Assembly: GCA_023386585.1 (NCBI GenBank)
Contig: JAEWJM010000011.1
Coordinates: 397 to 64,396, forward strand
Direction: 5' to 3'
Length of the DNA stretch: 64,000 bases
From: Bacteroidota bacterium
GTDB taxonomy: Bacteria; Bacteroidota; Bacteroidia; Flavobacteriales; Flavobacteriaceae
Part shown: in pieces, positions 1-9,687 of the stretch
Layout: every line of letters begins with the position of its first letter
Position numbering within the stretch: position 1 is the stretch's first letter
The notes under the pieces: model-generated
Database searches by the model: none
The model's input: the letters and a program-made list of their open reading frames with translations, nothing else
Told to the model about the DNA's origin: nothing
Made by a program: the position numbers and the translations under genes

Positions 1-1690
1 TACTGGTGATAAAGCAATCCGTAAAACTGTCCGGATCCATCTGTGTCTTGAGATAAGTATAATTCGCCGGAACGGCCAGCGAGTTGTTTTCGATGAAATT
101 AATCATCGACTGGTAGTGGTTGATGTCGCCTTCTTCCGCTTCAACGCCTTCGTTCTCGAGCAAGTCGACATCATCAATGTTGTAAACGCGTTTAAAATAC
201 TCGTTGTCATAACGCTCACGAATATTCAGGATTCCCCAATATTCGCCGTTTAGGAATGTAACTGTAGGCTGGTAGTTTTCGTTTTCAACATGCAGTTCTT
301 TCGCAATCCGCTGTACAAGTGCATCCCGGAACATCGTGTTTCGGAAATCACTTCCCGAGCTCGACAGCAGCATGGTTTCAAAACTATTGTCAGAAAGATC
401 AGGGAAGAACTGGTAGCTCAAGTTATCATCGCCGTAGTCGGATCGCGCGTAAACGTTGAGTGCCTTGCTTTCATACCGCCTTGTCGAAGCGCCATGTATG
501 CGAAGGCCAACGTCCTGATTGATGACTTCCGTTCCGTTTACGAAATAGGACATTGCCGCGCGGCGTTCATTTTCGATGCCACGGCGGTAGTAATTTCCGA
601 CTTCACGCCCACGTGGATTTAATGATGGATGTGCCACACGCCAATTGTCAAAGTCAACTCCGGCCACGTAAATTCCCTGATTGTAATCAAAGAACTTGTT
701 TTCGCTGAAACTTAATGAAATTACAGGAATCGTAAAACGCGATGCGCCAAGCGGCGTTACAAAGTAGGTCCGGCTTACGGTTTCACTCGGCAACGATCCG
801 GATCGTACAACTTTGGCCCTGACGACCGTTCCCTTGAAAATGAGATTGTCGGGAATATAATAATTCGGATCAAAACTGTAGGTGGATGAAATTGTAGATA
901 TTTTATTGGGCTGCGTACTTCGGTCAACGATACTGATTGGCGAAGAATACTGGAACGATTTGAAGCTCTTATTGAGTAGCGGGCCGAAAGGCTGGCCAGG
1001 AACTTCAGGGTATGAATTTTTGTATTGATAAGTCGTTCCGCTGAGGTTTGCCGGATCAGGCTCGGAGCCGTCAACCGTGTAAATGATCGTAGCCCCGGGA
1101 TCGCTCGTTGAAATCGTTAAGCTGAAGGCCGAAGTGTAAAATCCGCTGTTTTGTGAAAATGTCGGCGGATTCAAAAATCCGTTATAACCTGACGATCCGT
1201 TTGCTGCGTTTGGAGTTACCTGCGTAAAGTAGATGAACGAACCGGTTCCGTTCGGGCTTCGGCCGTAGGACATGTTTTGTTGCAATACGACAGGAGGCAC
1301 CATATCGGCAACGGTACCGTTGGACCGTGTTAGCGTGATCTGTTCGCCCGAAGAACTAATTTTAAAGTTGGTGTGAAGCGGACTCCCGGCGATTGCCCGG
1401 TTCTTATCGGAACAATAAATCAGCAGATATTGGCCTGACGCGACGTTAACCGAAGGGAAAACCCATTTAAAAGGGACAGCGGGATCATCACTAAGGCCGT
1501 ACCCATTTAAGTTCACCGATGCGGGCCCGTTATTTCGCAATTCGACCCAGTCCTGATAGGTTCCGTCCTCGTCCGTATTTATTGAGGTGTTGGAGGTAAG
1601 AATTTCATTAATTACAATATTTTGCGAGGCCGCGGGCTGAATTACGGCCAATAGAAATAGCGCGAATAATGATAATGTATTGATTCTCAT
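1..1690 (-). CDS. CotH-family secreted protein with N-terminal lamin-tail domain. Only the N-terminal 563 codons are present because the gene runs off the left window edge. Tandem paralogue of 1853..5212.
   Basis: Absent from the ORF track because it has no stop in the window. My reverse-complement translation from ATG 1690 gives MRINTLSLFALFLLAVIQPAASQNIVINEILTSNTSINTDEDGTYQDWVELRNNGPASVNLNGYGLSDD... I translated about the first 80 codons and the last about 20, and both are in the frame set by ATG 1690 (ending ...ANYTYLKTQMDPDSFTDCFITS at nt 2). The middle is inferred from colinearity with the neighbouring 1129-aa protein. Confidence 0.85.
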   Translation of the reverse strand, partial: MRINTLSLFALFLLAVIQPAASQNIVINEILTSNTSINTDEDGTYQDWVELRNNGPASVNLNGYGLSDDPAVPFKWVFPSVNVASGQYLLIYCSDKNRAIAGSPLHTNFKISSSGEQITLTRSNGTVADMVPPVVLQQNMSYGRSPNGTGSFIYFTQVTPNAANGSSGYNGFLNPPTFSQNSGFYTSAFSLTISTSDPGATIIYTVDGSEPDPANLSGTTYQYKNSYPEVPGQPFGPLLNKSFKSFQYSSPISIVDRSTQPNKISTISSTYSFDPNYYIPDNLIFKGTVVRAKVVRSGSLPSETVSRTYFVTPLGASRFTIPVISLSFSENKFFDYNQGIYVAGVDFDNWRVAHPSLNPRGREVGNYYRRGIENERRAAMSYFVNGTEVINQDVGLRIHGASTRRYESKALNVYARSDYGDDNLSYQFFPDLSDNSFETMLLSSSGSDFRNTMFRDALVQRIAKELHVENENYQPTVTFLNGEYWGILNIRERYDNEYFKRVYNIDDVDLLENEGVEAEEGDINHYQSMINFIENNSLAVPANYTYLKTQMDPDSFTDCFITS

Positions 1691-1794
1691 TGCCAATTTT
1701 TTGGGCAATTTACACAACAATAATCGGGAGGTCTTTTTTTCTCGTTGTAGTGCCAATTTTGCCGATGAACGGGTTCCTTTAAGATTGATTAATA

Positions 1795-1826
1795 AAATAA
1801 AAAATCGGGCAGATGAACTGCCCGAT
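1795..1826 (-). terminator. Rho-independent terminator after the 1853..5212 gene
   Basis: Perfect 9-bp stem ATCGGGCAG/CTGCCCGAT (1804-1812 and 1818-1826) with a 5-nt loop, followed on the minus strand by TTTTTATTTTATT. Confidence 0.7.
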
Positions 1827-1852
1827 GTTGAGAATGTTGTACTGATTAAACG

Positions 1853-4800
1853 CTATTTCCGAAGGAGCTTTTTGACCTCGGTTTTACCATCCGATTCGAT
1901 CTGCACAAGGTACATTCCGATCGTGAGCTCGCTAACCGATATTGGCGTCGTTGGCTCGATTTCACCCGATTTTACGAGCCTTCCGTCTGCGGTAAATATC
2001 CTGTATCTGGCACTTCCTGCCAGCCCGGTTATAAATACCGACTCGGTTGCGGGATTCGGGTACATTGAAAACCGCGGCGTCTCGTTGTGCAATGTGTCCA
2101 ACGGTATCAAAGTGCCGCGCAATGCAATGTTGTTAAACGTCACGCGATTTCCGGCATCTGCCGTCAAATTGGTTCCCGTAAAACTCAACCGTATTTTAAA
2201 GTTGGCATTGTTGTTTGCCGCAGCGATTGATGTAAAATCGGTTTCGTATAGCTGGAAGGCCGCGCCTAGTGGCAATGTTGAAGATGCCAATCCGGCGGTC
2301 GACCAGACCGGAGCTCCGGCAGCTGTCGAATAAGCGATCGAAATTCCGGTAGCGTTGGTAAGTTCGTTCATTGCTGCGAATGAGAATTTAAGATCCTTGT
2401 ATCCGGTTGTTGGAAGGTCGAAAACCATTGTGTTCACGTCGGATCCGGTTTGAAGTGGCTCTTTGATCTGAAGCCCTTTCATATCGCTTGACGCGAACGG
2501 GAGGTCATTGTTCGCTTCCGGAATGTAATTGATCATCGTCGGGCTGTTCCTTCTTTCCATGCTCGCTTTTCGCCACAACGGGTTTGTGGAATCGAATGGA
2601 TAGCCCGGCAAGCTTGACTGATATTCTATCATTGCTCCGGTCGAACCTTGCTGGTAAGTGCTGTTAAGCGTTGTCAGCGGAAGGTTGTTCGGCATCGTTC
2701 CATCCATCATCCAGAAGTAAACCGGCTCATTTGCGGTTGGCGAACCATCGGGAACAAATACGGCGGTGACTGAAATTGATGAAGCTGAAGTCAACGTAAT
2801 CGTATCCGAAGTGCTTGTCGAAGCGCCTGTCCAATGGTCAAAAACGTAACCCGGATTGGCTATCGCTTTCAGCGTAATTGGAATATTCGAAAAGTAAATT
2901 CCGGTCCACGGATAAGGGTTCGCGGCAATTCCGTCGGTGCCATTCTTGATTTCAATCGTATTGATCTTGATATACCCGTGAGCAGCATTCGAAACGTCAA
3001 GGGTTGCATTGATGTTCGAGGCAATCGAGAACTTCGACCGGATGTGATTCCGCTGGAATGCCGGCCTTGCATTGGCAAAATCTTTTTCAATGCCCAGGTC
3101 GTAAATCCATGAACCGTAATCTTCCGGCGCTTTCCATCTTTCGGTTTGCTCCTCCATTTCAGGATCGAGCACGGCCGACATCTGGTCGATTGTTTCAACG
3201 ATCCTTGAAGAAAGGAACGAGCTGTTCATTAAATCGGCAAACCTTGTAATAAAATAATTTTTGAACCCTGGATTCTGAAGCATTTTCCTTAACAGCAGTG
3301 TTGACCATGCCGGATTTGGCCATTCGGGACCATTAGTGGCAGTTGCGGCCGCAAGGCTGTTGAGCGAGTAATCCAAAGAATAGGTTGCGAAAGTAGCATC
3401 CATATCGTGCGCGATCCATCTCCAGCGTCCATCATGTCCGTACGGCGCATCAGGAAGATACGAAGCTGTTTTTTGCCTCCAACGCATGATGTTGTTGCCC
3501 GGCCAATCGACATTTTCAAAGAAAATATTGGAGATGAAATAATCTGCGAAGTTTTCAGGGTCGAGCTGTGTAACTATGTAATCGTAATTCGCCTGCGTTG
3601 CCAGGGAATGAGTATTTACGTAGTCGATCATGGCACCGTAATGGTCAAAATCACCTTCCTGAACATCGTTTTCGCTGTCGATGATGTCCACCTGATCGGT
3701 TGGAATGTCGTACATCCGCAGAAAATATTCAGCGTCGACTTTATCGCGTAAATTCAGGATTCCCCAATATTCGCCGTTCATAAAGGTGATGGTTGGCTGG
3801 TAACCTTTGGTCTCGACATGCAGATGCTTCATCAGCTGTTGGTTCAGCGCGTCACGGAACAAGGTCTCATAAAAATCGGCTCCCGAATTCCGCAGCGTGA
3901 CATGCTCGAAATTGGCAGGCAAGCCGGCGAAGAACGGATAATCCATTTTTGGGGTACCGTAATCGGCCCTTGCGTAAAAGTTCAGCGATTTGTTCGGCCA
4001 TTCACGGGAAGAACCGCCATGAAGACGGATTCCGATATCCTGGTTCAACACTTCTGTTCCGCTTACGAAATAGGAAAGATTGGCAACACGTTCATTATCG
4101 ATACCGCTTCGGTAGAAATTCCCAATGTCTTCAATGCCGTCGTGGACAAGCGTTGGGTTTGCCGCACGCCAGTTGTCGAAATCTACTCCCGCAACGTAGA
4201 TACCATTGTTGTAATCGTAAAGTTTGTCTTCACTGATGCTTATTGAAACGACTGGCAATGAGAAGCGGCTGCTTCCTTCCGGCGTTATAAAGTACGACCG
4301 CGATTCGGTTTTGCTTGGCAAAGCTCCCGGTTTGATGACTTTTGCCCGTACAACCGTGCCTTTAAAAATCGGCGATGCAGGAAGATAGATAGGAGTAAAA
4401 TCCATCGTGCTTGAAATCATCGAAATCTTGTTTGGCTGCGACGAGCGGTCAACAATCGATAGCGGTGCCGAATATTGAAGCGTCCCGTAGCTTTGCGTCA
4501 GAAGCGGTCCGGTTGTTTGTCCCGGCAATTCAGGGTATTTATTTTTGTAAGTGTACGTCGTTCCTCCAATATGAGAAGCGTCGGGTTCCGAGCCATCAAC
4601 AGTATACAAGATGGTTGCTCCCGGAACAGTTGTCGAAATTGTCAGCGAAAAGCCGGAAGTGTAGAATCCGGCAGCATGTGAAAATGTCGGCGGAGGAAGC
4701 GCTTCCGAAAAGCCACTCGCAGGATTTGCTGCAGCGGGAGTAACATTGCTGAAAAAGACAAAATTCGCAGATCCGTTCGGAGATCTTCCGTAGGAAACGT

Positions 4801-5212
4801 CGGCAAGCATTTCAACGGCCGGAACCTGATCGACCGTGGTTCCACCGGGAGCGGTGAGCGTAATTATTTCGCCCGATGCACTGATCTTAAAATTGGTGTG
4901 CAGCGGCGAACCTGCAACTGCGCGATCCTTGTCGGAGCACCAGATCAGCAGGTATCCGCCAGACGGAACGCTAACTGCAGGGAATGTCCATTTAAAAGGA
5001 AGCGTGGTGTCATCTGAAAGTCCGTAGCCATTAAGGTTGACCGCAGCCGGGCCCAGATTGTACAATTCAACCCAATCCTGATGGCTTCCGTCCTCATCGG
5101 TGTTGATGCTGGTGTTGGAAGCGAGGATCTCGTTGATCTTAATGTTCTGCGAAAGGCAGCGCGGAGCTGCGACAAGCGCGAAGATCAATAAAAAAGATAA
5201 TTTTAGTTTCAT
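1853..5212 (-). CDS. Multidomain secreted CotH kinase-family protein: signal peptide, lamin-tail domain, chitobiase-C-like domain, CotH core, InlB-B-repeat-like domain, an uncharacterised module and a T9SS type-A C-terminal sorting domain
   Basis: Track ORF 1853..5242. Motifs seen: LTD (INEILASNTSINTDEDGSHQDWVELYN), GATILYTVDGSEPD, GYVFDHWTG, and a C-terminal FSMYPNPATESVFI...GMYLVQIESDGKTEVKKLLRK typical of Por_Secre_tail. I start it at MKLKLSFLLIF (5212) because a -7 box covers the 5242 ATG and the paralogue starts at the equivalent position. Confidence 0.85.
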   Translation of the reverse strand: MKLKLSFLLIFALVAAPRCLSQNIKINEILASNTSINTDEDGSHQDWVELYNLGPAAVNLNGYGLSDDTTLPFKWTFPAVSVPSGGYLLIWCSDKDRAVAGSPLHTNFKISASGEIITLTAPGGTTVDQVPAVEMLADVSYGRSPNGSANFVFFSNVTPAAANPASGFSEALPPPTFSHAAGFYTSGFSLTISTTVPGATILYTVDGSEPDASHIGGTTYTYKNKYPELPGQTTGPLLTQSYGTLQYSAPLSIVDRSSQPNKISMISSTMDFTPIYLPASPIFKGTVVRAKVIKPGALPSKTESRSYFITPEGSSRFSLPVVSISISEDKLYDYNNGIYVAGVDFDNWRAANPTLVHDGIEDIGNFYRSGIDNERVANLSYFVSGTEVLNQDIGIRLHGGSSREWPNKSLNFYARADYGTPKMDYPFFAGLPANFEHVTLRNSGADFYETLFRDALNQQLMKHLHVETKGYQPTITFMNGEYWGILNLRDKVDAEYFLRMYDIPTDQVDIIDSENDVQEGDFDHYGAMIDYVNTHSLATQANYDYIVTQLDPENFADYFISNIFFENVDWPGNNIMRWRQKTASYLPDAPYGHDGRWRWIAHDMDATFATYSLDYSLNSLAAATATNGPEWPNPAWSTLLLRKMLQNPGFKNYFITRFADLMNSSFLSSRIVETIDQMSAVLDPEMEEQTERWKAPEDYGSWIYDLGIEKDFANARPAFQRNHIRSKFSIASNINATLDVSNAAHGYIKINTIEIKNGTDGIAANPYPWTGIYFSNIPITLKAIANPGYVFDHWTGASTSTSDTITLTSASSISVTAVFVPDGSPTANEPVYFWMMDGTMPNNLPLTTLNSTYQQGSTGAMIEYQSSLPGYPFDSTNPLWRKASMERRNSPTMINYIPEANNDLPFASSDMKGLQIKEPLQTGSDVNTMVFDLPTTGYKDLKFSFAAMNELTNATGISIAYSTAAGAPVWSTAGLASSTLPLGAAFQLYETDFTSIAAANNNANFKIRLSFTGTNLTADAGNRVTFNNIALRGTLIPLDTLHNETPRFSMYPNPATESVFITGLAGSARYRIFTADGRLVKSGEIEPTTPISVSELTIGMYLVQIESDGKTEVKKLLRK

Positions 5213-5239
5213 AGGTTTAGGTGTAGGGAAGGCATTTGC

Positions 5240-5247
5240 CAAATTTA
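5240..5247 (-). promoter_or_regulatory. Bacteroidota sigma-A type -7 box (TAnnTTTG)
   Basis: The minus strand reads TAAATTTG, about 27 nt upstream of ATG 5212. Confidence 0.4.
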
Positions 5248-5548
5248 TAACTTTTAGGATTTTGATGATTTGACAGTCGATTTGGATGCGGAGATTTCAT
5301 CGATCACAACACTTTGTGCCAAAGCTTTTTGCAGCGTTAAGGTCAAAGCATTGCAAATATGACGTAGGTTAATTTGTTCATAGACTTGCAAGCAACTGAT
5401 TTTTAAAGCGCTAAAAATAGGCAATGACTACGCAAATTGTTCCTTTAGTCGACAAAGCATTGGTTTTTTCCTTTGAACTGCCGATTTTAGGATTTTTTTA
5501 AAGTGCCGAGAGCTTGCCGGCTTTTTTTTTCTCTTCTAATTTAAAGAA

Positions 5549-6283
5549 TTACTCTTTTTTGGCGATGCAAAAGGTGCTGATTCCAAATGGGAAATTGACA
5601 TACCGTAACAACTGATTCTCGAAGGAAAGCAATTTAAATAAAACATTGTTGAGAAACGAATTCTGGATCGACAAGTCACTTTCTGAGTTACGATTTTTCT
5701 TTGAGCCGGCATTAATTTTTCGAAATGCGAAAATGGGAATGAAAAGGGTAAAATTCCAATAACTTGATTTTTTAATGGAAAAATCCTCAGCCGTTAATTT
5801 TGATTTAAGTTCACGTTTTGTATAGCGCCTGAAATGCATGTTTATGTCATCATGATAACTCCACAAGGATTTGTACGCAGGAACAAATACGTACAATAGC
5901 CCGCCAGATTTTAGAAGGTTTTTCCAATTGCGGATAGCGAGGCGGTCGTTTTGTAGGTGCTCGAGACAGTCCGATGCAACAATGATGTCAAACTTTTCAC
6001 TAAGCGTTATGTTTTGCGCGTCCATCACGAATGCGTTTTTAATACCATTTGCTTTACAATTAGCAATGGCCGAATCGCTTATATCAATTCCATACAACTT
6101 ATCAATGTCAAAACCTTGCAGTTCCAAGTCTTTAAGAAAAACACCGGACGAGCTTCCAATATCCAAAATCCTGCTGTCGCGCGGGGCATCGGCAAGCAGA
6201 TCGAGTAAATATTTGCGTCTTGACTTGAACCACCAATGTGAAGTCTCTACGTCATGATATTTAGTTTCAAAAGCCTGGTCCAT
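5549..6283 (-). CDS. Class I SAM-dependent methyltransferase
   Basis: 244 aa. Motif I-like RILDIGSSSGVF, an acidic loop, and IIVASDCLEHL. Lies 9 nt downstream of the GT2 gene on the same strand. Confidence 0.8.
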   Translation of the reverse strand: MDQAFETKYHDVETSHWWFKSRRKYLLDLLADAPRDSRILDIGSSSGVFLKDLELQGFDIDKLYGIDISDSAIANCKANGIKNAFVMDAQNITLSEKFDIIVASDCLEHLQNDRLAIRNWKNLLKSGGLLYVFVPAYKSLWSYHDDINMHFRRYTKRELKSKLTAEDFSIKKSSYWNFTLFIPIFAFRKINAGSKKNRNSESDLSIQNSFLNNVLFKLLSFENQLLRYVNFPFGISTFCIAKKE

Positions 6284-6292
6284 ATCTTATTA

Positions 6293-7237
6293 TCAAATTT
6301 TCTTATCTATGAAATAGCGTGGCCGCCGTTTTACTTCCAGATAGATTTTCCCGATGTATTCTCCTAATATTCCGAAGCAAAATAACTGTATTCCGCCAAG
6401 AAAATACATAGGCAAAACGGTAGACAGCCAGCCAGGAACAAGCTTATCGAAGTATAGCGAAATAAACGCGTATCCTGATAATATCAGGCAGAAGAAAAAG
6501 ATCACGAAGCCAATTATGGTTACTAATTTTAATGGATAGTTACTGAAAGAAGTTATTCCGTTCCAGGCAAACGCGGCCATTTTTCTGAAAGGATATTTTG
6601 ATTGACCCGCGTAACGCTCAAGTCGATCGTAATAAACTACTTCATTTCGAAACCCAATCGATGGAATTATTCCGCGCAAGAACAAATTGACTTCGTTAAA
6701 TTCAGAGAGCGCGTTTATAACTCTTTTACTGCACAAGCGGTAATCGGCGTGATTATGAATAATGTTGACTTTCATTGTCTTCATTACGTTGTAAAAAGCG
6801 ATAGCGGTGTTTCTTTTAAAGTAGGTATCCGACCGGCGCTCCTTCCGTACCCCATAAACCACATCAGCGCCTGAAATAAATTTGTGGACCATTTGTTCTA
6901 TAACCGTCAAATCGTCCTGAAGATCGGCGTCAATCGAAATCAGCGCATCGGCATCTTCATTAAAAGTAAGCATTCCCGCGAGAAGCGCCTTTTGATGACC
7001 GACATTTCCGGCGAGTTTTAATCCCCGTATATATTTATTCTTTTGCGCGTTAGATTCGATAACGCGCCATGTCATATCCGTACTTCCATCGTCAATATAA
7101 CCGATAAAGCTGTTTTCTGAAATTAATCTGTTTTCAACTAATTCGGCTATAATTTTACTTAGCTGAATTGACGTCTCGTCTAAAACCAATTCTTCATTAT
7201 AACATGGTGCAATAATTCCGATTGTCGGCTTGTCCAT
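6293..7237 (-). CDS. GT2 polyprenyl-phosphate glycosyltransferase (GtrB/ArnC-like)
   Basis: IGIIAPCYNEE, DDGSTD and IDADLQDD (DXD), plus two C-terminal TM helices (LVTIIGFVIFFFCLILSGYAFI and VLPMYFLGGIQLFCFGILG). This is the GtrB/ArnC architecture. Confidence 0.85.
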   Translation of the reverse strand: MDKPTIGIIAPCYNEELVLDETSIQLSKIIAELVENRLISENSFIGYIDDGSTDMTWRVIESNAQKNKYIRGLKLAGNVGHQKALLAGMLTFNEDADALISIDADLQDDLTVIEQMVHKFISGADVVYGVRKERRSDTYFKRNTAIAFYNVMKTMKVNIIHNHADYRLCSKRVINALSEFNEVNLFLRGIIPSIGFRNEVVYYDRLERYAGQSKYPFRKMAAFAWNGITSFSNYPLKLVTIIGFVIFFFCLILSGYAFISLYFDKLVPGWLSTVLPMYFLGGIQLFCFGILGEYIGKIYLEVKRRPRYFIDKKI

Positions 7238-7265
7238 CTACTTTGGTTTAGGGGTTAGTAATGGT

Positions 7266-8768
7266 TTATTCGACAAATAGAGGCGCTCCTTTATCGTATC
7301 CTAATTTTACAACCATCACTTTATTTATTTCCTTTATTGAACCGGGTTTGGGCCAAACGGGCAATGTTTCCATTGAATCCTTGATCCCAAGAAAAACCTG
7401 CTTGTCATCGATCATCCTGTAATACGCGATGTCATTATAACTAAAGAAATTGATTATTCGATAATTGTTGCCATCGCCCCAGTTGAATAAAGAGCCGCCA
7501 AAGGCTTCCGAATCTGGCAACCTGTACCTTTGATGATGTTCAAAGGGCAGGAAGCCATAAAAGTAAACATATTCTGCTGATGGATCAAAGTTGGGATAGG
7601 TCGAACGTATTGTGAAATCAATTCTTTTCGCTATTTCCATGTCGTGTTGATAGATCCGATAGTTGGAGTAAAATAACTTGGTGACCATATAAACATGTGC
7701 GATGCATATTAGCGAACAAACTGCCAGCAAAAATTGTGTGGCACGTAAGTTTCTGAAAGTGTGTGTAATCAAAAAAGCAAAAACAATTCCCGAGGCAACG
7801 TAAATTCTGGGCGGGTAATATTCATTTGTGATGAAGAATGCCATTATAAATGGCAATAGCAACATCAGAAACAAGCTTACAAACCGCCATCCAAAATACC
7901 GTCGTTCAATTGCCGCCTTAACAGCTACTACGATAGCCAGGATCAACGCCAGGCAAAACAGTGTTTCACCGTAAAAGGCGTTACCTTGAAGGTTGCCTTT
8001 CCACACAGAATAAAACTTTGAAAAAAGATGATTTGAAGCCCCTGAGGTGTATGAAGACAAATATCCGCCTTCAACTGGCGGACAAAGTAATTTTACAGAA
8101 ATATAATAGAAAACAGCCGACAGGAGCATGAGACCACAAAACAGGATCCCATCGCGAAGCGCTTTTTTAACAACAAAATTTTCGCGATAGGTATTTTGAA
8201 AAAAAACAAGGAGAAAAACGATAATTGGTATAAAAACCAGTGCTTGATAAATTGCAATTACAAACATAATCCCGAGAGCTGCAAGCACAAAAAGAGAAGC
8301 CGATTTCCATGAAAATCCTTCGGCTGCCGATTTTATGAACCACCTTACAGAAAGTACGGAAATAAAAAACCCGAGCGGTACGACATCGGCTTGCATTGTA
8401 AAGACCAGTTGATAGGCCATTTGTGGAAATGTCACGAAAAGTCCACAAAAAATATAGCCAAGCAATCCGTTAAAATGAAACACTTTTGAAAGTTCCACCG
8501 CCGTCAGCGCAAGGAAAAATAAGCCAAGAAGCAAAGTGAAGTATGGAAGATGTCCCTCGAAAATATGATATCGGACAAGGTTGGTTCCCCATCGGCCAAG
8601 ATCAAGCGACGAGTTGGCAAACACGGGTAACTCGGTATCTATACTGACTGAAAAGTTCGATAGTGGAAAACCGTATGTAACTACCGCCAACAGCATAGAG
8701 AATGCAAACAGCTTTGTTTTACGCAGGTCAATTTTGTCAATCATTGCCGTTATATTTCCGGCAAACAT
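7266..8768 (-). CDS. Polytopic membrane protein, GT-C / GtrC-type (Glucos_trans_II-like) glycosyltransferase candidate
   Basis: 500 aa with about 11 hydrophobic segments, an acidic first loop (SIDTELP) and a soluble C-terminal roughly 120 aa. It sits directly upstream of the GtrB-like gene. Confidence 0.6.
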   Translation of the reverse strand: MFAGNITAMIDKIDLRKTKLFAFSMLLAVVTYGFPLSNFSVSIDTELPVFANSSLDLGRWGTNLVRYHIFEGHLPYFTLLLGLFFLALTAVELSKVFHFNGLLGYIFCGLFVTFPQMAYQLVFTMQADVVPLGFFISVLSVRWFIKSAAEGFSWKSASLFVLAALGIMFVIAIYQALVFIPIIVFLLVFFQNTYRENFVVKKALRDGILFCGLMLLSAVFYYISVKLLCPPVEGGYLSSYTSGASNHLFSKFYSVWKGNLQGNAFYGETLFCLALILAIVVAVKAAIERRYFGWRFVSLFLMLLLPFIMAFFITNEYYPPRIYVASGIVFAFLITHTFRNLRATQFLLAVCSLICIAHVYMVTKLFYSNYRIYQHDMEIAKRIDFTIRSTYPNFDPSAEYVYFYGFLPFEHHQRYRLPDSEAFGGSLFNWGDGNNYRIINFFSYNDIAYYRMIDDKQVFLGIKDSMETLPVWPKPGSIKEINKVMVVKLGYDKGAPLFVE

Positions 8769-9032
8769 ACCTTTTTAGAAAGAAATCAGGAAATAAAGAG
8801 AGCCTAAAGTTGTAAGACTATTGAGAACTAAGTAGCAGGGATTTTGGATTGTACATAAGAAAGAAACGAAAGCGCATCGCGATTACGTTTGCATGGCTCC
8901 AACAGCGGATTTATTCATTATTTGAAAAACTGGTTGGTGCAGGATGTGATTTCTTCAAAAGGTACTTATAACGGCAAGCAGATCAAAGGCTAAAAAAAAG
9001 AAAGCAAAAAATTATTTATATCTATTTTTATA

Positions 9033-9040
9033 TAATTTTG
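9033..9040 (+). promoter_or_regulatory. -7 box TAATTTTG
   Basis: Exact TAnnTTTG match 17 nt before ATG 9058. Confidence 0.45.
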
Positions 9041-9057
9041 CGCCATAAAAAACAAAG

Positions 9058-9612
9058 ATGAAGACTAAAGCTTTTTTCCTTTCGTTGATTGCAGGAGCTG
9101 CAATGGTTGCGTGCAAGAAAGACCCGACAGGAACGGACCAAAACGGTCAACCGACCGTTAAACAAAAAGAAAACTTTAGCGTGGAGCTAAATGTAGTAAC
9201 TGAAAAGGATGATGATTTCGCAGTTTATTACACTGAGGACGGTTCGATAAATTTTGATGCGGATCATGTGGTTTGGCATGGTGTTAAAGCCCGCCCGGAA
9301 AGCCAGAAGGTTACTATTGACCTTCCTGAAGAAATTGTTCCTACAGATATCAGGATTGATTTTGGGATCAAAAGAAAGCAGGATCAAGGAGACGTAACAC
9401 TTGAAAAATTCAAGATTTCTTATTATGGGAAAAATTTTGAAGCAAGAGGATCCGACTTTTTAAAATACTTTGTAAAAAACGACTCTATCGAAAGCGTAGT
9501 TGATGATGCTAAAGGCACTATTACCTTTCATAAAAATCTTAAGAATTCCGTCACTCCATTCTATTATCCAAGCAAGCCAATTCTGGACGAAATTGCAAAA
9601 ATGACGAAGTAG
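9058..9612 (+). CDS. Hypothetical lipoprotein
   Basis: Lipobox LIAGAAMVAC followed by KKD. 184 aa, rich in predicted beta-strand. I recognise no family. Confidence 0.7.
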   Translation: MKTKAFFLSLIAGAAMVACKKDPTGTDQNGQPTVKQKENFSVELNVVTEKDDDFAVYYTEDGSINFDADHVVWHGVKARPESQKVTIDLPEEIVPTDIRIDFGIKRKQDQGDVTLEKFKISYYGKNFEARGSDFLKYFVKNDSIESVVDDAKGTITFHKNLKNSVTPFYYPSKPILDEIAKMTK

Positions 9613-9687
9613 GTCGATTTCGCGGGGCGGCGCGTGCTGCTACTGTGTAAATTGAAAAACCACCAAATAATATTTATTTTAAGCACC

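Noticed and set aside
1680-2333. 217-aa plus-strand ORF overlapping the 3' end of the CotH gene
   Set aside because: It is entirely antisense to a well-supported coding region (the T9SS CTD and upstream module). It starts at a TTG inside the neighbouring gene's start region, and I see no motif or promoter box. It is a typical shadow ORF.
5504-5535. GCCG...CGGC hairpin followed by T9 near the end of the methyltransferase gene
   Set aside because: The stem is only 4 bp. The T-run is on the plus strand, where no gene ends. On the minus strand the run precedes the hairpin. It is not a convincing terminator.
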